Notes under the pieces: generated by a model
Databases searched by the model: none
Told to the model about the DNA's origin: nothing
The model's input: only the letters and a program-made list of their open reading frames with translations
Position numbers and translations under genes: made by a program
Source of the DNA: Sphyrna mokarran
Lineage: Eukaryota
Direction: 5' to 3'
Length of the DNA: 64,000 nt
NCBI GenBank assembly: GCA_024679065.1
Contig: JAGIQG010000004.1
Span: forward strand, 111,166,001 to 111,230,000
Part shown: positions 36,461 to 48,196 of the stretch, in pieces
Layout: every line of letters starts with the position of its first letter
Position numbering within the stretch: position 1 is the stretch's first letter

Positions 36461-36789
36461 TATTGTGAATGCACTTGTTTTTTGAGGAGTAAGCATGTAT
36501 CCTCTTTTTTGGGGGGGGTTGGGTGGGGAAAGCGTGCAGAAAATCCCAGCCTATATGTCTCATGTCTATTGATTCACAAACTAGTTTCCAGCTCCAGCCT
36601 ACTATGCAGCCCTTGAGAAACCAGCAATACATGGGGCATAATTAGTTTAGTGTCAACCTGGTTAACATCTCCACTCTATATAGTATGGATAGTTTATGTT
36701 TCCAAATAATTGTACATTGAGATAGAAGACAATGAGAACATACTAGGATATCTATTGGGTGCTGAGCAGTTGGCATTTTTATGCCAGGA

Positions 36790-37051
36790 AGGAACAGTGG
36801 TTAGCATTGATACCTCACAGCTCCAGGGATCTCGGTTCAGTTACCGGCTTGGGTCACTGTCTGCGTGGAGTTTGCACGTTCTCCTTTTGCTTGTGTGGGT
36901 TTCCTCCAGTGTCCTCCCGCAATCCAAAAGATGTGCTGGTTAGGTGCGTTGACCCGAACTAGCGTTGGAGTGTGGCGACTAGGGGAATTTCACAGTAACT
37001 TCATCGCAATGTTAATATAAGCCTTACTTGTGACTAATACATAAACTTTAC
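36790..37051 (+). mobile_element. V-type SINE, type B tail
   Basis: Head, core and the complete GGAATTTCACAGTAAC…TACTTGTGACTAATACATAAACTTTA tail. Confidence 0.9.
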
Positions 37052-37589
37052 TCATAATCAATCTGGAGATCACCTGTGGGTGAGGTAATTATAGAGGGCA
37101 TCCACCCAATCAGTTCTTACAGTGCAGCAGAACTGAAAACAATTTTACCAAAGCCTGATACATTCAGGGAGCGCTCAGCTGCACATTTTAAGAAACCATC
37201 AGTTTAAGTTATCTATGAGTCAGCGCTTTGTCATTTCCTATTTTTAACCAGCTTAAAACATTTCCAGCTCATATTAGTTAAAATATCATTATTATAAAAA
37301 CTGCGGGGTCAGAAAAGGGTAACCAGTCATTTTAGATATCAATGACTTGCCCGTGAAATGCTCAATTAGCCACAAATTTATGCGCGGCACAGAATATAAA
37401 TATAGCAACTTTCAGTAATAGTTTCCTCCTTCTGAGGGCCAAGTATAAACAAAGGACAAATAGGAGAATCGGTTAAAATGAGTACACTGAACTTCTGTCG
37501 CCATAGTCTGGATGGGAATGTAGCCCACACTGCTGGGTTAAGACTCGTTTTGTTTTTGATAAATTTAAGAATGATTTCTAAACAAGGGA

Positions 37590-38110
37590 AATGGTGGCTT
37601 AGTGATAATATCCCTCGAGTAGAAATCTAGAAAGTCCTAATTACATCTTCGAGGGACATGGGCTCAGACTCATCCCAGCAGCTGGTGGGATTCAAATTCA
37701 ATTAATAATGTTTGGAATTGAAATCTGGACCAGAATTTTCTCATCCTGCCTGCCATGGAAATCAAAGGGAGGGAGAAGTGTTGCGGGGGGAAGTTGCAGT
37801 GGACTATGCAAGGTGCAGTGACCTTGGGAGGCATTTTCCAGTGTGGGAGTGAGTGCAGCCAGAAAATCCTGCCCCTAATCTCAGTAAAGTTGATGATGAA
37901 ACAAACATTGATTGTCCAAAAAAAATCTACCTGGCTCACTAATGTCCTTCAAGGAAGGAAGTCTGCCTGTTCTGGTATTCAAGTAACTTCAGATCTATAG
38001 CAATGACTCTAAACTGTCCCCTCCTGAAGTGACCCAGCAAGCTATTCAGTTTAAAAGCAGTTAGTAACAAATGCTGGCCAGTAATGCTCACATTCCTTGA
38101 AAGAACAAAT
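37590..38110 (+). mobile_element. SINE of the tRNA-head/CR1-group-tail family, with a MITE inserted at 37727-37875
   Basis: Head TGGTGGCTTAGTG and core CTCACTAATGTCCTTCAAGGAAGGAAGTCTGCC. The junction CAAGCTATTCAGTT|TAAAAGCAGTTAG leads into the LINE tail. Confidence 0.75.
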
Positions 38111-38389
38111 TCAAAGAAATACTGGATAACTCCAAATATTTACTGCAGTTGAAGAATCAGTTTTTGAGTTATCACCATGTTTTTTGTCTATTAGAAAGTG
38201 CAATGCTTTGATATATCTATTTTGTTGAAAAGGGCAGGTCTCTGCAGTAGACTATATGTAGTTTCCAGCAAGCATAACTTGCGAGTCCTATGATAATATT
38301 AAATTGGTGACTAGTATAATTTTTAATCTATTTGAGATAATGGCTATACAGAATCAAATGAAATGTTAGACAGTTCTTAAGTTTTGCAA

Positions 38390-38828
38390 GTGCAGGGTGG
38401 CTGTGTACAGTCAGTAATCAGTGAAGAGCTAAGGTTTGTGCTGTTTGATACAACCTGCCAGTTGCTGGACATACGACCTATGTACTGGCATAGTAGCAAC
38501 TGTGAAAGTCATCTACCACATTACGCATTTGTAGAGCTCATAGGTAGAACTTCTTTTGGGCCTGAAGAGAACATTCTGTTAGTAGAAAACATCACTCGTA
38601 TTGTGACTGCATCATACAGCCTGAAAAGACTTGTTTCATCTGTTGCTCAAATTTTTGAGACGCTTCACCCATCCAGCATAATTTACTATCTGAAAGCAGT
38701 GACCTTAGACTTATTTGTGTGATCAATGATCTGATTAAAGTAGCCATTATCTCACAGCATCAGGCTTGACCACGTAACTTAGGCCCTGTTCACAAGATTA
38801 TTGATAAGACTACTGTTATAGCGCATTT
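38390..38828 (-). mobile_element. Penelope-like element RT-thumb/GIY-YIG fragment
   Basis: The minus strand gives NLVNRA, DNGY.NQII, SQKFEQQMKQ and a NVV…VGR GIY-YIG-like segment. Confidence 0.7.
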
Positions 38829-38990
38829 TGACTTGATTTAATTTATTATTGTCACATATATTAGTATGTAGTGAAAAGTATTGTTTCTTGCATGCTGTAC
38901 AGATAAAGAATACCATACATAGAGAAGGAAACAAAAGTGCAGAATGTAATGTTACAGTCATAGCTAGGCTGCAGAGACAGATAATTAAAG
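38828..38990 (-). mobile_element. Rex1/Babar LINE 3' tail
   Basis: Reverse complement of GCATGCAAGAAACAATACTTTTCAC…TGTGACAATAATAAATTAAATC, matching 21540-21670. Confidence 0.8.
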
Positions 38991-39084
38991 CATTGTTACA
39001 AAGTGTAAAAGAATTAGAATACAGTTTTAAAACTATAGAATGAGAGTAAAGGATAGATTAAAAGATATGCTGGACACAGCTTGT

Positions 39085-39370
39085 AAAGTTAAAGTTTTAT
39101 TTATTAGTCACAAGTAAGTCTTACATTAACACTACTATATAGTTACTGTAAAATTTCCCTAGTCACCACAGTCTGGTACCTGTTCATGTCAATGCACCTA
39201 ACCAGCACGTCTTTCAGAATGTGGGAGGAAACCAGAGCACCCAGAAGAAACCCAGCAGACGTGGGGAGAAGATGCAAACTCCACAGGGACAGTGACTCAA
39301 GCCAGGAATCAAACCCAGATCCCTGGTGCTTTGAAGCAGCAGTGCTAACCACTGTGCTACTGTGCCACCC
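39085..39370 (-). mobile_element. V-type SINE, type B tail
   Basis: Full-length reverse-complement copy. Confidence 0.9.
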
Positions 39371-39764
39371 TAGACATTGTCACACACTCTGGCACCATCT
39401 TATATAATTGGATTTATGAACAGCACGAGGAATGTTTTCTTGGCAATTCTATAGTTTTCTGTTCCTTTTACTGGTGGTAGGATTTTATTTAACTGAATCC
39501 AAATAATGGTTTCTGAATTCAGATAGGTTTTAATCCTTTCAGCTGGGTTATTGGTCCAGTAGCATAACCTTAATACTATCACAGCACTGTTCTAATTATA
39601 TGGAGCTGTTTTTTTTAAATCAATTTACACTTTTGCTAAAACTCTGGCTGGAGGAATGTCAGGTGAGCCTTTGTCTGCTCATGTTCAAAGTGGTCATTTC
39701 TGAGCTTTATGCTTTCCTTCTTGTATCCTTCCCATACTCCATTTATCATTTCAAGGCTACTATA

Positions 39765-39877
39765 ACCCGGGTTTGATTCTGTGTGGAGTTTGCGTGTTCT
39801 CCCCATGTCTACTGGGCTTCATCCGGCTTCCTTCCACAGTCTTAAAGATGTGCTAGGTGCATTGACCCGACAATACT
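39765..39877 (+). mobile_element. Truncated V-type SINE whose 3' end is replaced by the inverted duplication arm
   Basis: V-core up to GGTGCATTGACCCGAC, then a switch at TACTTGTGAC into the duplicated segment. Confidence 0.7.
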
Positions 39878-40183
39878 TGTGACAATAATAAATGAAATCA
39901 AGTCAAAATGTGCTACAAGATTAGCCTTATCAGCAATTTTGTGAATAGAGCCTGAGTTATGTGGCCAAGCTTGATCCTGCAACAGAGTTCATCAAAGCCA
40001 ACCTGCAAGATAATGGCTATTTTGATCAGATCATTGATCACTGTGTATCCTGCATACTCACAAATGGGTCAAATTTAGAACTGAGCACAGATATTTTCCT
40101 TTGAGGATTTTAAGAATATGAATTTAAAATAATTTAACCCAAATAATTTGTACCCAAAAGAGTCAACAAATCATGAGTAAATA

Positions 40184-41088
40184 GGAATGTGAAATAAAGA
40201 CAGTAAGTTCTGGAAAATCTCAGCAGATCTGATAACATCTGTAGGGAGAGAATAGAGCCAATGTTTCGAGTCTAGATGACCCTTTGTCAGAGCTAAGGGC
40301 AAAGTGGGTGGACAGGGGTGTGAAATTGATGGGTGGGGAGGGGTGTGGAATTGATGGGTGGGGAGGGGTGTGGAATTGGGCAAAGGAGATGTAAATGGGG
40401 ATACAGAAGGCTGGGAAGCTGCTAAGAGCGTCCATTAAATAATCAGAATGTGAAAATGGCAGCACAGAGATACAGTTTGTTAAAGATCTGTCTGAGGAAT
40501 GAGGCATTTGCCCTGAAGGTGGTGGGGGGTGGAGAGGGTTGGGGGGGAAGAGGGGATGGTAGCGGGGTGAAAAGAAGGAGAATTTCAATGGAGAAGTGGG
40601 AAAATAGAAATGAAAAAGGATGATAAAATGGATGAGTTAGATGAAATGAAATGGTATAAAATAAATGGAAATGGGGTAAAGGTGGAGGGGAGAGTCCATG
40701 CTCTGAAGTTACTGGATTCAACGTTCAGTCCAGAAGGCTATAACGTGCCCAGTCGGAAAATGAGGTGCTGTTCCTCCAGTTTGCATTGGGCTTCACCAGA
40801 CCTTTGCAAAAGGCCAAAGACGGATATTTGGACAGGACAGAAGGGTGATGTGTTGAAGACATCTCTTCCGTCCAATTCCACAACTCATCTACCCCACCCC
40901 ACCCCCAACACCCGAATAGCATAAATCTCTGCTGATTCCCTTTGCTCTTCGCTCTGACAAAGGATCATCTAGACTCAAAACACTGGCTCTATTCTCTCCC
41001 CACAGATGCTGTCAGACCTGCTGAGCTTTTCCAGCATTTTCTGTTTCTGTTTCAGATTCCAGCATCTGCAGTATTTTACTTTTATTTA
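40184..41088. mobile_element. Penelope-like element with inverted pLTRs and GIY-YIG C-terminus
   Basis: Minus-strand pLTR 40184-40305 and plus-strand pLTR about 40940-41088 (CTCTGACAAAGG.TCATCTAGACTC.AAACA). The minus strand at about 40700-40790 encodes CKLEEQHLIFRLGTL.PSGLNVE. Confidence 0.88.
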
Positions 41089-41892
41089 AATGGTAATGTG
41101 CTTACAGTCTTTTTTTTAATTTTGTTTTATTTTATCTGTTATTTCTTTTGCTAGGTCTGTAGGAATTCCAGTGTGTACATTGATCACTGAAAGTAGGCTT
41201 GTGGTAGACAGTAGCAGTGATTAGCATATTTCTAACGCATTGAGAAAAAGGGACTCAAACTGCTCCATTTTAAATTTGAATGTGGGATGGATTGCATTAT
41301 GGCGCAGAAGGAAATTCATTCTATGCAGCCGAAACCTACAACTTATTCTTGCTCCTGTATCTATAACGTTTGAGTCAAAAACAGTTTTTTCACAATCCTA
41401 TAGCAATCTCTCCCTCCTTTACCTTCTGAAGTACCTAACACATTCTTTCTATAAATTGCTGTCTAAATCCTCTGTCGGACTTCTATAATGGCAAAATATT
41501 TCCTTCTTTCTCCACTGATTGTATTTGAGAAAGATGAAATGATTCGAATGCTTCTCTGGTGGATAAGTGGATAATATATACCAGCTCATTGCTTTCTGAT
41601 GCTTGAAACAAAAAGTGGGAGGCAAGTCAATATAATTTTAGGGAGTTTGTCAAAAGAGAAATGTATTTTCATTGAGGGATTCAGGGAGAATCAGTAAATC
41701 CAGCTCTGCAGCAAGACATTTCAGAAATTCAATTGCTTGTGTCTGATGGTGAGAAAATCAGCCTCATATAGGGTGACAAAACTTACACCCAATTCTCTAT
41801 TCTCATCACTTGTCAAAGAGAAGTCAGTTTCCTCTGAACAACAAAGTAGATCTCAGCAATATTTAACTATATACATAGCTACATATTTATTA

Positions 41893-41935
41893 GCTCTCAG
41901 TCCTCTCTCTCTCTCTCCTCTCTTTCTCTCTCTCC
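41893..41935. repeat. (CT)n microsatellite
   Basis: CTCTCTCTCTCTCTCCTCTCTTTCTCTCTCTCC. Confidence 0.9.
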
Positions 41936-42154
41936 ACAATTTGGTCAAAAGCAGTTTCGGAGTTTATTCAGGGTCTTCCGTGATGATGCCACATTTTACT
42001 TTCACACATAGAGAAACTTCCCCTTTCACGGTGAGATTAGAATGCAATCTTCTGTTGTTGATGCAACAATGTTAATTCTTTTTCTCCCTCCACCCATACT
42101 GCCTGAATGCTGCGTCCTTTCAGCATTTTTTGATTTTATTCCACATTCACACAG

Positions 42155-43640
42155 TGCTTTTCACAAAGTAACAAATCCCAAGGTGCTTCAGAGGAGCATG
42201 AGCAAGTGACATGTAACGTTGGTTCACATAAAGTCATGGAGTCATAGAGGTTTACAGGTGGAAATAGGCCCTTCAGCCCAACTTCTCCATGCTACCCCTT
42301 TGTTTTTAACCATTAAGCTTGTCCCAATTGCCCGCTTTTGGCCTATATCCCTCTATAGCCATCTTACCCATGTAACTGACTAAACAATTTTTAAAAGACA
42401 AAATTGTACCTGCCTCTTCTATTGCCTCTGGCAGCTTGTTCCAAACACTCACCACTCTCTAAGTGAAAAAATTGCCCCTCTTGGACCCTTTTCTTCCCTC
42501 TCACCTTAAACCTATGCCCTCTAGTTTTAGATTCTCCTACATTTTGGAAAAGATATTGACGATCTAGCTGATCTGTGCCCCTGATTATTTTATAGACCTC
42601 TAGAAGATCGTCCCTAAGTCTCTTGTGCTCCAGAGAAAAAAAATCCCATGCTATCCAGCCCCTCCTTATAATTCAAACCATCAAGTCCCAGTAACACCCT
42701 AGTAAATCTTTTCTGCATTCTTTCTAGTTTAATTATACCCTATAATAGGGTGACTAAAGCTGTCCAAAGTATTCTAAGTGTGGCCTTACCAATGTCATGC
42801 ACAACTTTAACAAGACATCCCAAATCCTGTATTCAATGTTCTGACTAATGAAACTAAACATGCTGAATGCCTCCTTCACTTTCAAGGAGCTATGAACCTT
42901 GACCCCTAGATTTCTTTGCTCTGTAACTCTCTCCAACACCCTACCATTAACTGAGTAAGTAGTGTTCTGGTTTGGTTTTCCAAAATGCATCACATCACAA
43001 TTATCTAAATTAAACTCTATCTGCCATTTGTCAGCCTACTGGCCCAATTGATCAAGATCCCCATGCAATGCTTAATGACCCTCCCCACTGTCCACTATTC
43101 CACCACATAAGGAGATGTTAGAACAGCTGGTGTTATAAAGAAGTGAGATAGAGAAGTAAAGTGAGTTGATAGAAGGTAAAGCGCTGGACCCAGACAGCTT
43201 GAGGCATGACCGCCAGTGGTGCAGCAATTAAAACTGGTCAAGAGGCTAGAATGAGGAGTACAGGACTATAAATCTGAAGAAACGAGAGAGGTAGGGAGGG
43301 GAAAGATCATGGATGGATTTCAAAACAAGAGTGAATATTTCAAAATTGAGATATTGCTGCACCAGGAACCAGAATGTAGATCAACAAGCACCGATGTCAT
43401 GGATGAGTACAGATTGGTGTGTGTGGAAATAAGGACAGCAGAATTTTGCAGGAGCTCAAGGCTATGAAGAATGAAAGATGAAAGGCCAGTCATCAGATTT
43501 GAGATAATAAGGGACTGGGTTTCATCGGCAAATAGCTGAAGAGCTGATCAGATGATGAGATTGAGGCGGAAGTAGATGGTTTTGACATTGCAGGCAAATG
43601 CTCAGAGCTTCCACTCTGTGTCAATTATCACACCAAAGCT
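42155..43640 (-). mobile_element. Old L2-type LINE 3' region, interrupted by a CR1 insertion
   Basis: CCCAAGGTGCTTCAGAGGAG…CACATAAGGAGATGTTAG… is collinear with the copy at 56560-57370. Confidence 0.6.
42232..43103 (-). mobile_element. CR1 LINE 3' fragment with 7-bp TSD CACATAA
   Basis: ORF 42754-42993 (LVRPHLEY). CACATAA at 42225-42231 and 43104-43110. Confidence 0.9.
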
Positions 43641-44004
43641 GTGAAGGCATCTTTAGCTATATCACTATGTTATTTTGAAGAAAAAGGTAAATATGTTACA
43701 AAAATATAGCTAGCAGTATCTTCAAGGGATGGGCGTAGCTGTACAAAGACTGCAGATAGATTCTCTGAGGAAATACAAATTTAAGAACTTGCGTTAGACT
43801 TTTCACGGAAGTAAAGTGGTGCTGGCCCCCATTATAAATAGTTCAAGTCACCACCAGCATTCTCTTCAGAAAAACAAGATGCCCACCGGGTGGGAAAACG
43901 GGAGAATTTCTCACTCTTTTTTTTTGAGCGTATTTACCTGAACAAATCTCCAACACTTCATGATCACAGAGTGCCCATCCCCCCCAAAGAAGGGGCCAAG
44001 AGTC

Positions 44005-44322
44005 ATTGGTTCAAATCTTACAATGAAATTGGCGGAATTTGAATTCAGTTAATGAAATTTGAAATGTAGAAATGTCTCAATAATGGTGAAACTACCATTG
44101 GTTGTTGTCAAAAGCCCATACGGTTCATTAATGTCCTTTATGGGACCAAATTTGCTGTTGTTACCTGGTCTGCTAACATGTGACTCCAGACACACAGCAA
44201 AATGATTGATTCTTGACTAGCCTCTGAAATGAATAGACAAGCCACTCATTTCAAGGGCAAATAGGGCTGGACAATAAATGCTTGTCTTGTCAGTGGTGCC
44301 CAAATCCCATGAAAGAAAAAGA
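44005..44322 (+). mobile_element. SINE of the tRNA-head/CR1-group-tail family
   Basis: GGTTCAAATC B box and core. The junction GACAAGCCACTCATT|TCAAGGGCAAATAGGG at 44250/44251 joins directly to the LINE tail. Confidence 0.8.
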
Positions 44323-45327
44323 ATCACGTTTAGATCTTAGGACCTATGTTGAGCCCTAGTTACAATTTTACTATTCTGGCTCCTTCTGCACTCTTTTAAC
44401 TTGTGATCACTGCGGCAAGACAATTTTTATGAGCAGACCAAGACCCCATTGACATTTTCTCATTCTTCCATGAGATGTGTGCATTGCGGGCAAGGCCACC
44501 CTTCACTGTCTATCAATAATTGCCTGTGATCAGGTCATAGTGAGACTCTTTCTAAACGTATCCCTTTGAAATGCTGTAAGCAAAGTATGTAGGATGTCTC
44601 TCAAAGTTTTCTAGTCTATCTGGAGGGCAATAATTATCACACTGTGAGTTCAATATGCTCATTCTTATACAAATAACCTTATTTTACCAGCTGAATAACA
44701 TACATTCACAGACACAAGTGAGATAACAAAAAAGATAATGCTAGCCTTAGGCAATATCTAAACTGACAGTTTGAATCTGATTGACATTGAGCCGCCGTTA
44801 GTCATTGCATGTGGTTAAGGTGGTGTCAAGTGAGACCAGGAACCACAATACATTTTCTCACTTCTATACTATATTTGCTCTGATACTAAGAGTGGACAGG
44901 TTCACAGATCAAGCAACTAATTTTTTACAACTTAGGACAAATAATGCCTGCTTGTTACACATGGCAGCAATTGAAACAATGGCTGTTGTCTTCTAAGCCT
45001 GCTGTGCTGCTCGAATAGCACAGCAAGCTTTTATTGGAACTTGTGATTGGCATTCAGCTGAGTGCAAATCTCCGAGGTCCGTTTTTACAGCATAATCAAT
45101 TCCTCCCAAGCAATTTCCATATGTTAAGTATCTTCCTGCCTCCCCTCTCCCCCCACCTTTGCTGGGGGAGATTCCCATCAGCAGGGTTTACAACTGCTCC
45201 CCACTAACAGGGAAGAGACTTCCTCACCCAGCTGTTAGGGATAGAGGCCATTAAGGGCCCCCTGGGAAGTCAGGGGCACAGGTTGCCCCGAGCCAGCCTG
45301 ACACCCTGCTACTGCCCTGAGCACTGA

Positions 45328-46020
45328 GCGTACATGTCCACTGATCACTGAAAGTGGCAAAACAGGTGAATAAGGTAGTCAAGAAAACACATGCATGCTT
45401 GTCTTCATCATTTGGGACATTGAATATAAAATTGGCAGGTCATGCTGCAGCTGTACAGAAGCTTAGTATAGCCTCATTTAGAATATTGTGTACAATGCTG
45501 GTCGCCACACTACCAGAAGAATGTGGACGCTTTGGAGAGGGTAAGAAGAGGTTTACTAGTGTGTTGCCTAGTCTGGAGGGTATTAGCCATGAAAGGAAGT
45601 TAGATAAATTTGATTTGCTGTCACTGTAATGATGGAAGTTGACGGGTGACCTGATGGAAGTTTATAAGATTATAAGCAGCATGGACAGAGTGGATAATCA
45701 CTTGCTCTTTCCTAGGGTAGGAAAGTCAAGTACTAGGGGACATAGGTTAAGTGCATGGGGAAAAGATATGCGAGGCAAGTTTTTTTTACACAGGGGGTGG
45801 TAAATGTCTGCAACCCGCTGTCTGGGGAAATGGTGGCAGTAGGTATGTTGGTGGCATCTAAAGAGCAACTAGACAAATACATGGATAGGATGGGAATGGA
45901 AGGATATGGACTCCGTAAGTGCATACAGTTTAGTTTAGGCAAGCATCATGATCAGTGAAGGCTTGGAGGGCCAAAGGGCCTGTTCCTGTGCTGTACTTTC
46001 CTTTGTTCTTTGTTCTTTAT
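45328..46020 (+). mobile_element. CR1 LINE 3' fragment
   Basis: KQVNKVVKK…RFTSVLPSLEGISHERKL, with tail GGAGGGCCAAAGGGCCTGTTCCTGTGCTG…TTTGTTCTTTG. Confidence 0.85.
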
Positions 46021-46849
46021 TCTTGAGGTTGCAAGCTCAGTGACATTATCACTATGCCATCATCATCACTCCTCACTACCCCCACCTCCTCATCCCTCTG
46101 CCACACTAACTAAAACAAGAAGACATTGCTGATCTGCCATTATTACAGTTGTATCTAGTAATACAACTATTACTAGATAGTTATAATGCACCCTGTGTCT
46201 GACTTGAAAGATGGACAGCAAAATACTGAAAAATAGCAGATGAATTGACAGGTGTCACAAAAGTGTGAATGTTCTGCAATTCACATTGAAATCTGAGTAC
46301 TTAAAAACAATGTGCAATATGGGTGGTTATCTTGTGCCTAAATGCCTATTGTGTCTGTACATAGTAAAGTAAGAAGGCAGACAGGAAATAGTACTCAGAT
46401 ACAGACATAAAGGTACAGAATGTAAGGGCAGGACATCAAAACAAAAGATATAAAGATAGCAGGACTCAGAATATGTTGTATTAGCATTTTTTGAATTAAG
46501 TTGAATTTACATTTCTTTGATGTAATGTGAATGGTAGCTTTATAGTGTGTCACAATACAAGTATATCATTATCATCAATATTAGTTAGTTGGATCTTTTG
46601 GATGTTTGTTAGATAATCTCAGAACAAATTTGATTAATCTTTGCTGCAAACCACAAAGATTGCTGCTGTATAAACTTTGAAGAAAAGGGTTGCCTCGTTG
46701 AAGTTTCATTGTGCTTTCTCATAGACTCCTGCTCATTTTCCTGTATACTTATCTGATTGTTTTTATTCTTTGTATAACTGACACCAGTCTTTTCTTTTAC
46801 TACTCGAAACAAGCTAGCTTTCAGGTTACTTTCGTTGATATTGTCAACA

Positions 46850-47043
46850 ACAGCTCAGTGGTACAGCGGTTAGCACTGCTGCTTCACAGCACCAGGGACC
46901 TGGGTTTGATTCCTGTCTTGGATCACTGTCTAAATGGAGTTTGCACATTCTCCCTGTATTGGCATGTATTTCCTCTGGGTGCTCTGGTTTCTTCCCACAG
47001 TCTGAAAGACATGTTGGTTAGGTGCATAATAAATTAACTTTAA
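46850..47043 (+). mobile_element. V-type SINE, internally deleted
   Basis: Head and core followed directly by AATAAATTAACTTTAA. Confidence 0.8.
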
Positions 47044-47169
47044 CCTCACATTCCAACCTGGAATTTTTTTTAAAGAAACAACAATAGAAATAATACATAT
47101 TTTACTGGAAGAGAAAAGGAATCAGAGAGGAGGAAAAGTTAAAGAAATGACAAACACAAAGGGTCAAAA

Positions 47170-47432
47170 GTTCAAGGTAAGGCGGGGGGCAAGGTTCAAT
47201 ACAGATATGTGGTGGGGGGGAGGTGTATTTTATACAGAGCATAGTGGGAGCCTGGAATGCTCTATCGAGCAAGGTTGTTGAGGAGACACGCTGGATCACT
47301 TAGGACTTATCTAGATAGCCACATGAACAGACTGGAAATAGAGGAATACAAATGGATGGTCTAGTTAGGAATATATAATCAATGCAGGCTTGGAGGGCTG
47401 TTCCTGTGCTATCTTGCTCGTTGTTCTTAGTT
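47170..47432 (+). mobile_element. CR1 3' fragment
   Basis: GTGGGAGCCTGGAATGCTC…GGCTTGGAGGGCTGTTCCTGTGC tail. Confidence 0.75.
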
Positions 47433-48196
47433 TTTTGTACTGGTAACTGTAGGAAAAGGTAATGCTATGGAAGCATTTAATGACAATTTGGAATCATGGA
47501 GTGACTATGAAGAGAGATTTCAGTATTACCTTGCTGCAAACAGGATACCTGCTGATATTAAAGGAGCAACTTTCTTGAGCGTAATAGGGTGGAAAATCCT
47601 CACTCTGTTACAAAGTCTTGTCCATTCTGCTAATCCTGGAGAAAATATTTATGAAGAATTGACCAGGACATTTGAAGAACACTTCTCAGCCAAACCTTTA
47701 ATCATAGCGGAAAGATTCCGATTTCATCAACAGAGTGAAGAAGAAATGGAAAATATTCCACAATTTGTAGCCATACTTTGGAAACCAGCAATACGTTGTG
47801 AGTTGGATTGACCTTCGAAGGTAGTCCACAAGACAGACTTGTTTGTGGACTTTGAAATGAAGCAATTCAAAAACAATTGCTCACCGAAAAGTCTGACATT
47901 AAACCTTTCTGTTGGGTTCATAACGTCCATGGAATATGCCATGAAAGAAGCTTTTCAAATCAGATATAACTAACATACACAAAATGAATACTGAGATAAG
48001 AAAGTCGAACAATACGCAAGGATGTGCAAGTGTTTGGTGTTGAGAAAACAAATGCTGTAATTGTGGCAAGAAATGTCACATAACCAGGGCATGTTGGACC
48101 AATCAGAATTCCCAAACCTCAGAAAGGTAAATGTAGAAATCAACCCAATTTGTACATAACACTATAGAATAACTGAGGACACTGAAGTTTCACCAT

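Noticed and set aside
38384-38722. 112-aa plus-strand ORF
   Set aside because: Antisense shadow of the Penelope fragment on the minus strand.
18663-42180. CACAGTG heptamers (e.g. about 18663 and 42150) as V(D)J recombination signals
   Set aside because: No ACAAAAACC-like nonamer at 12/23 spacing and no Ig/TCR segments.
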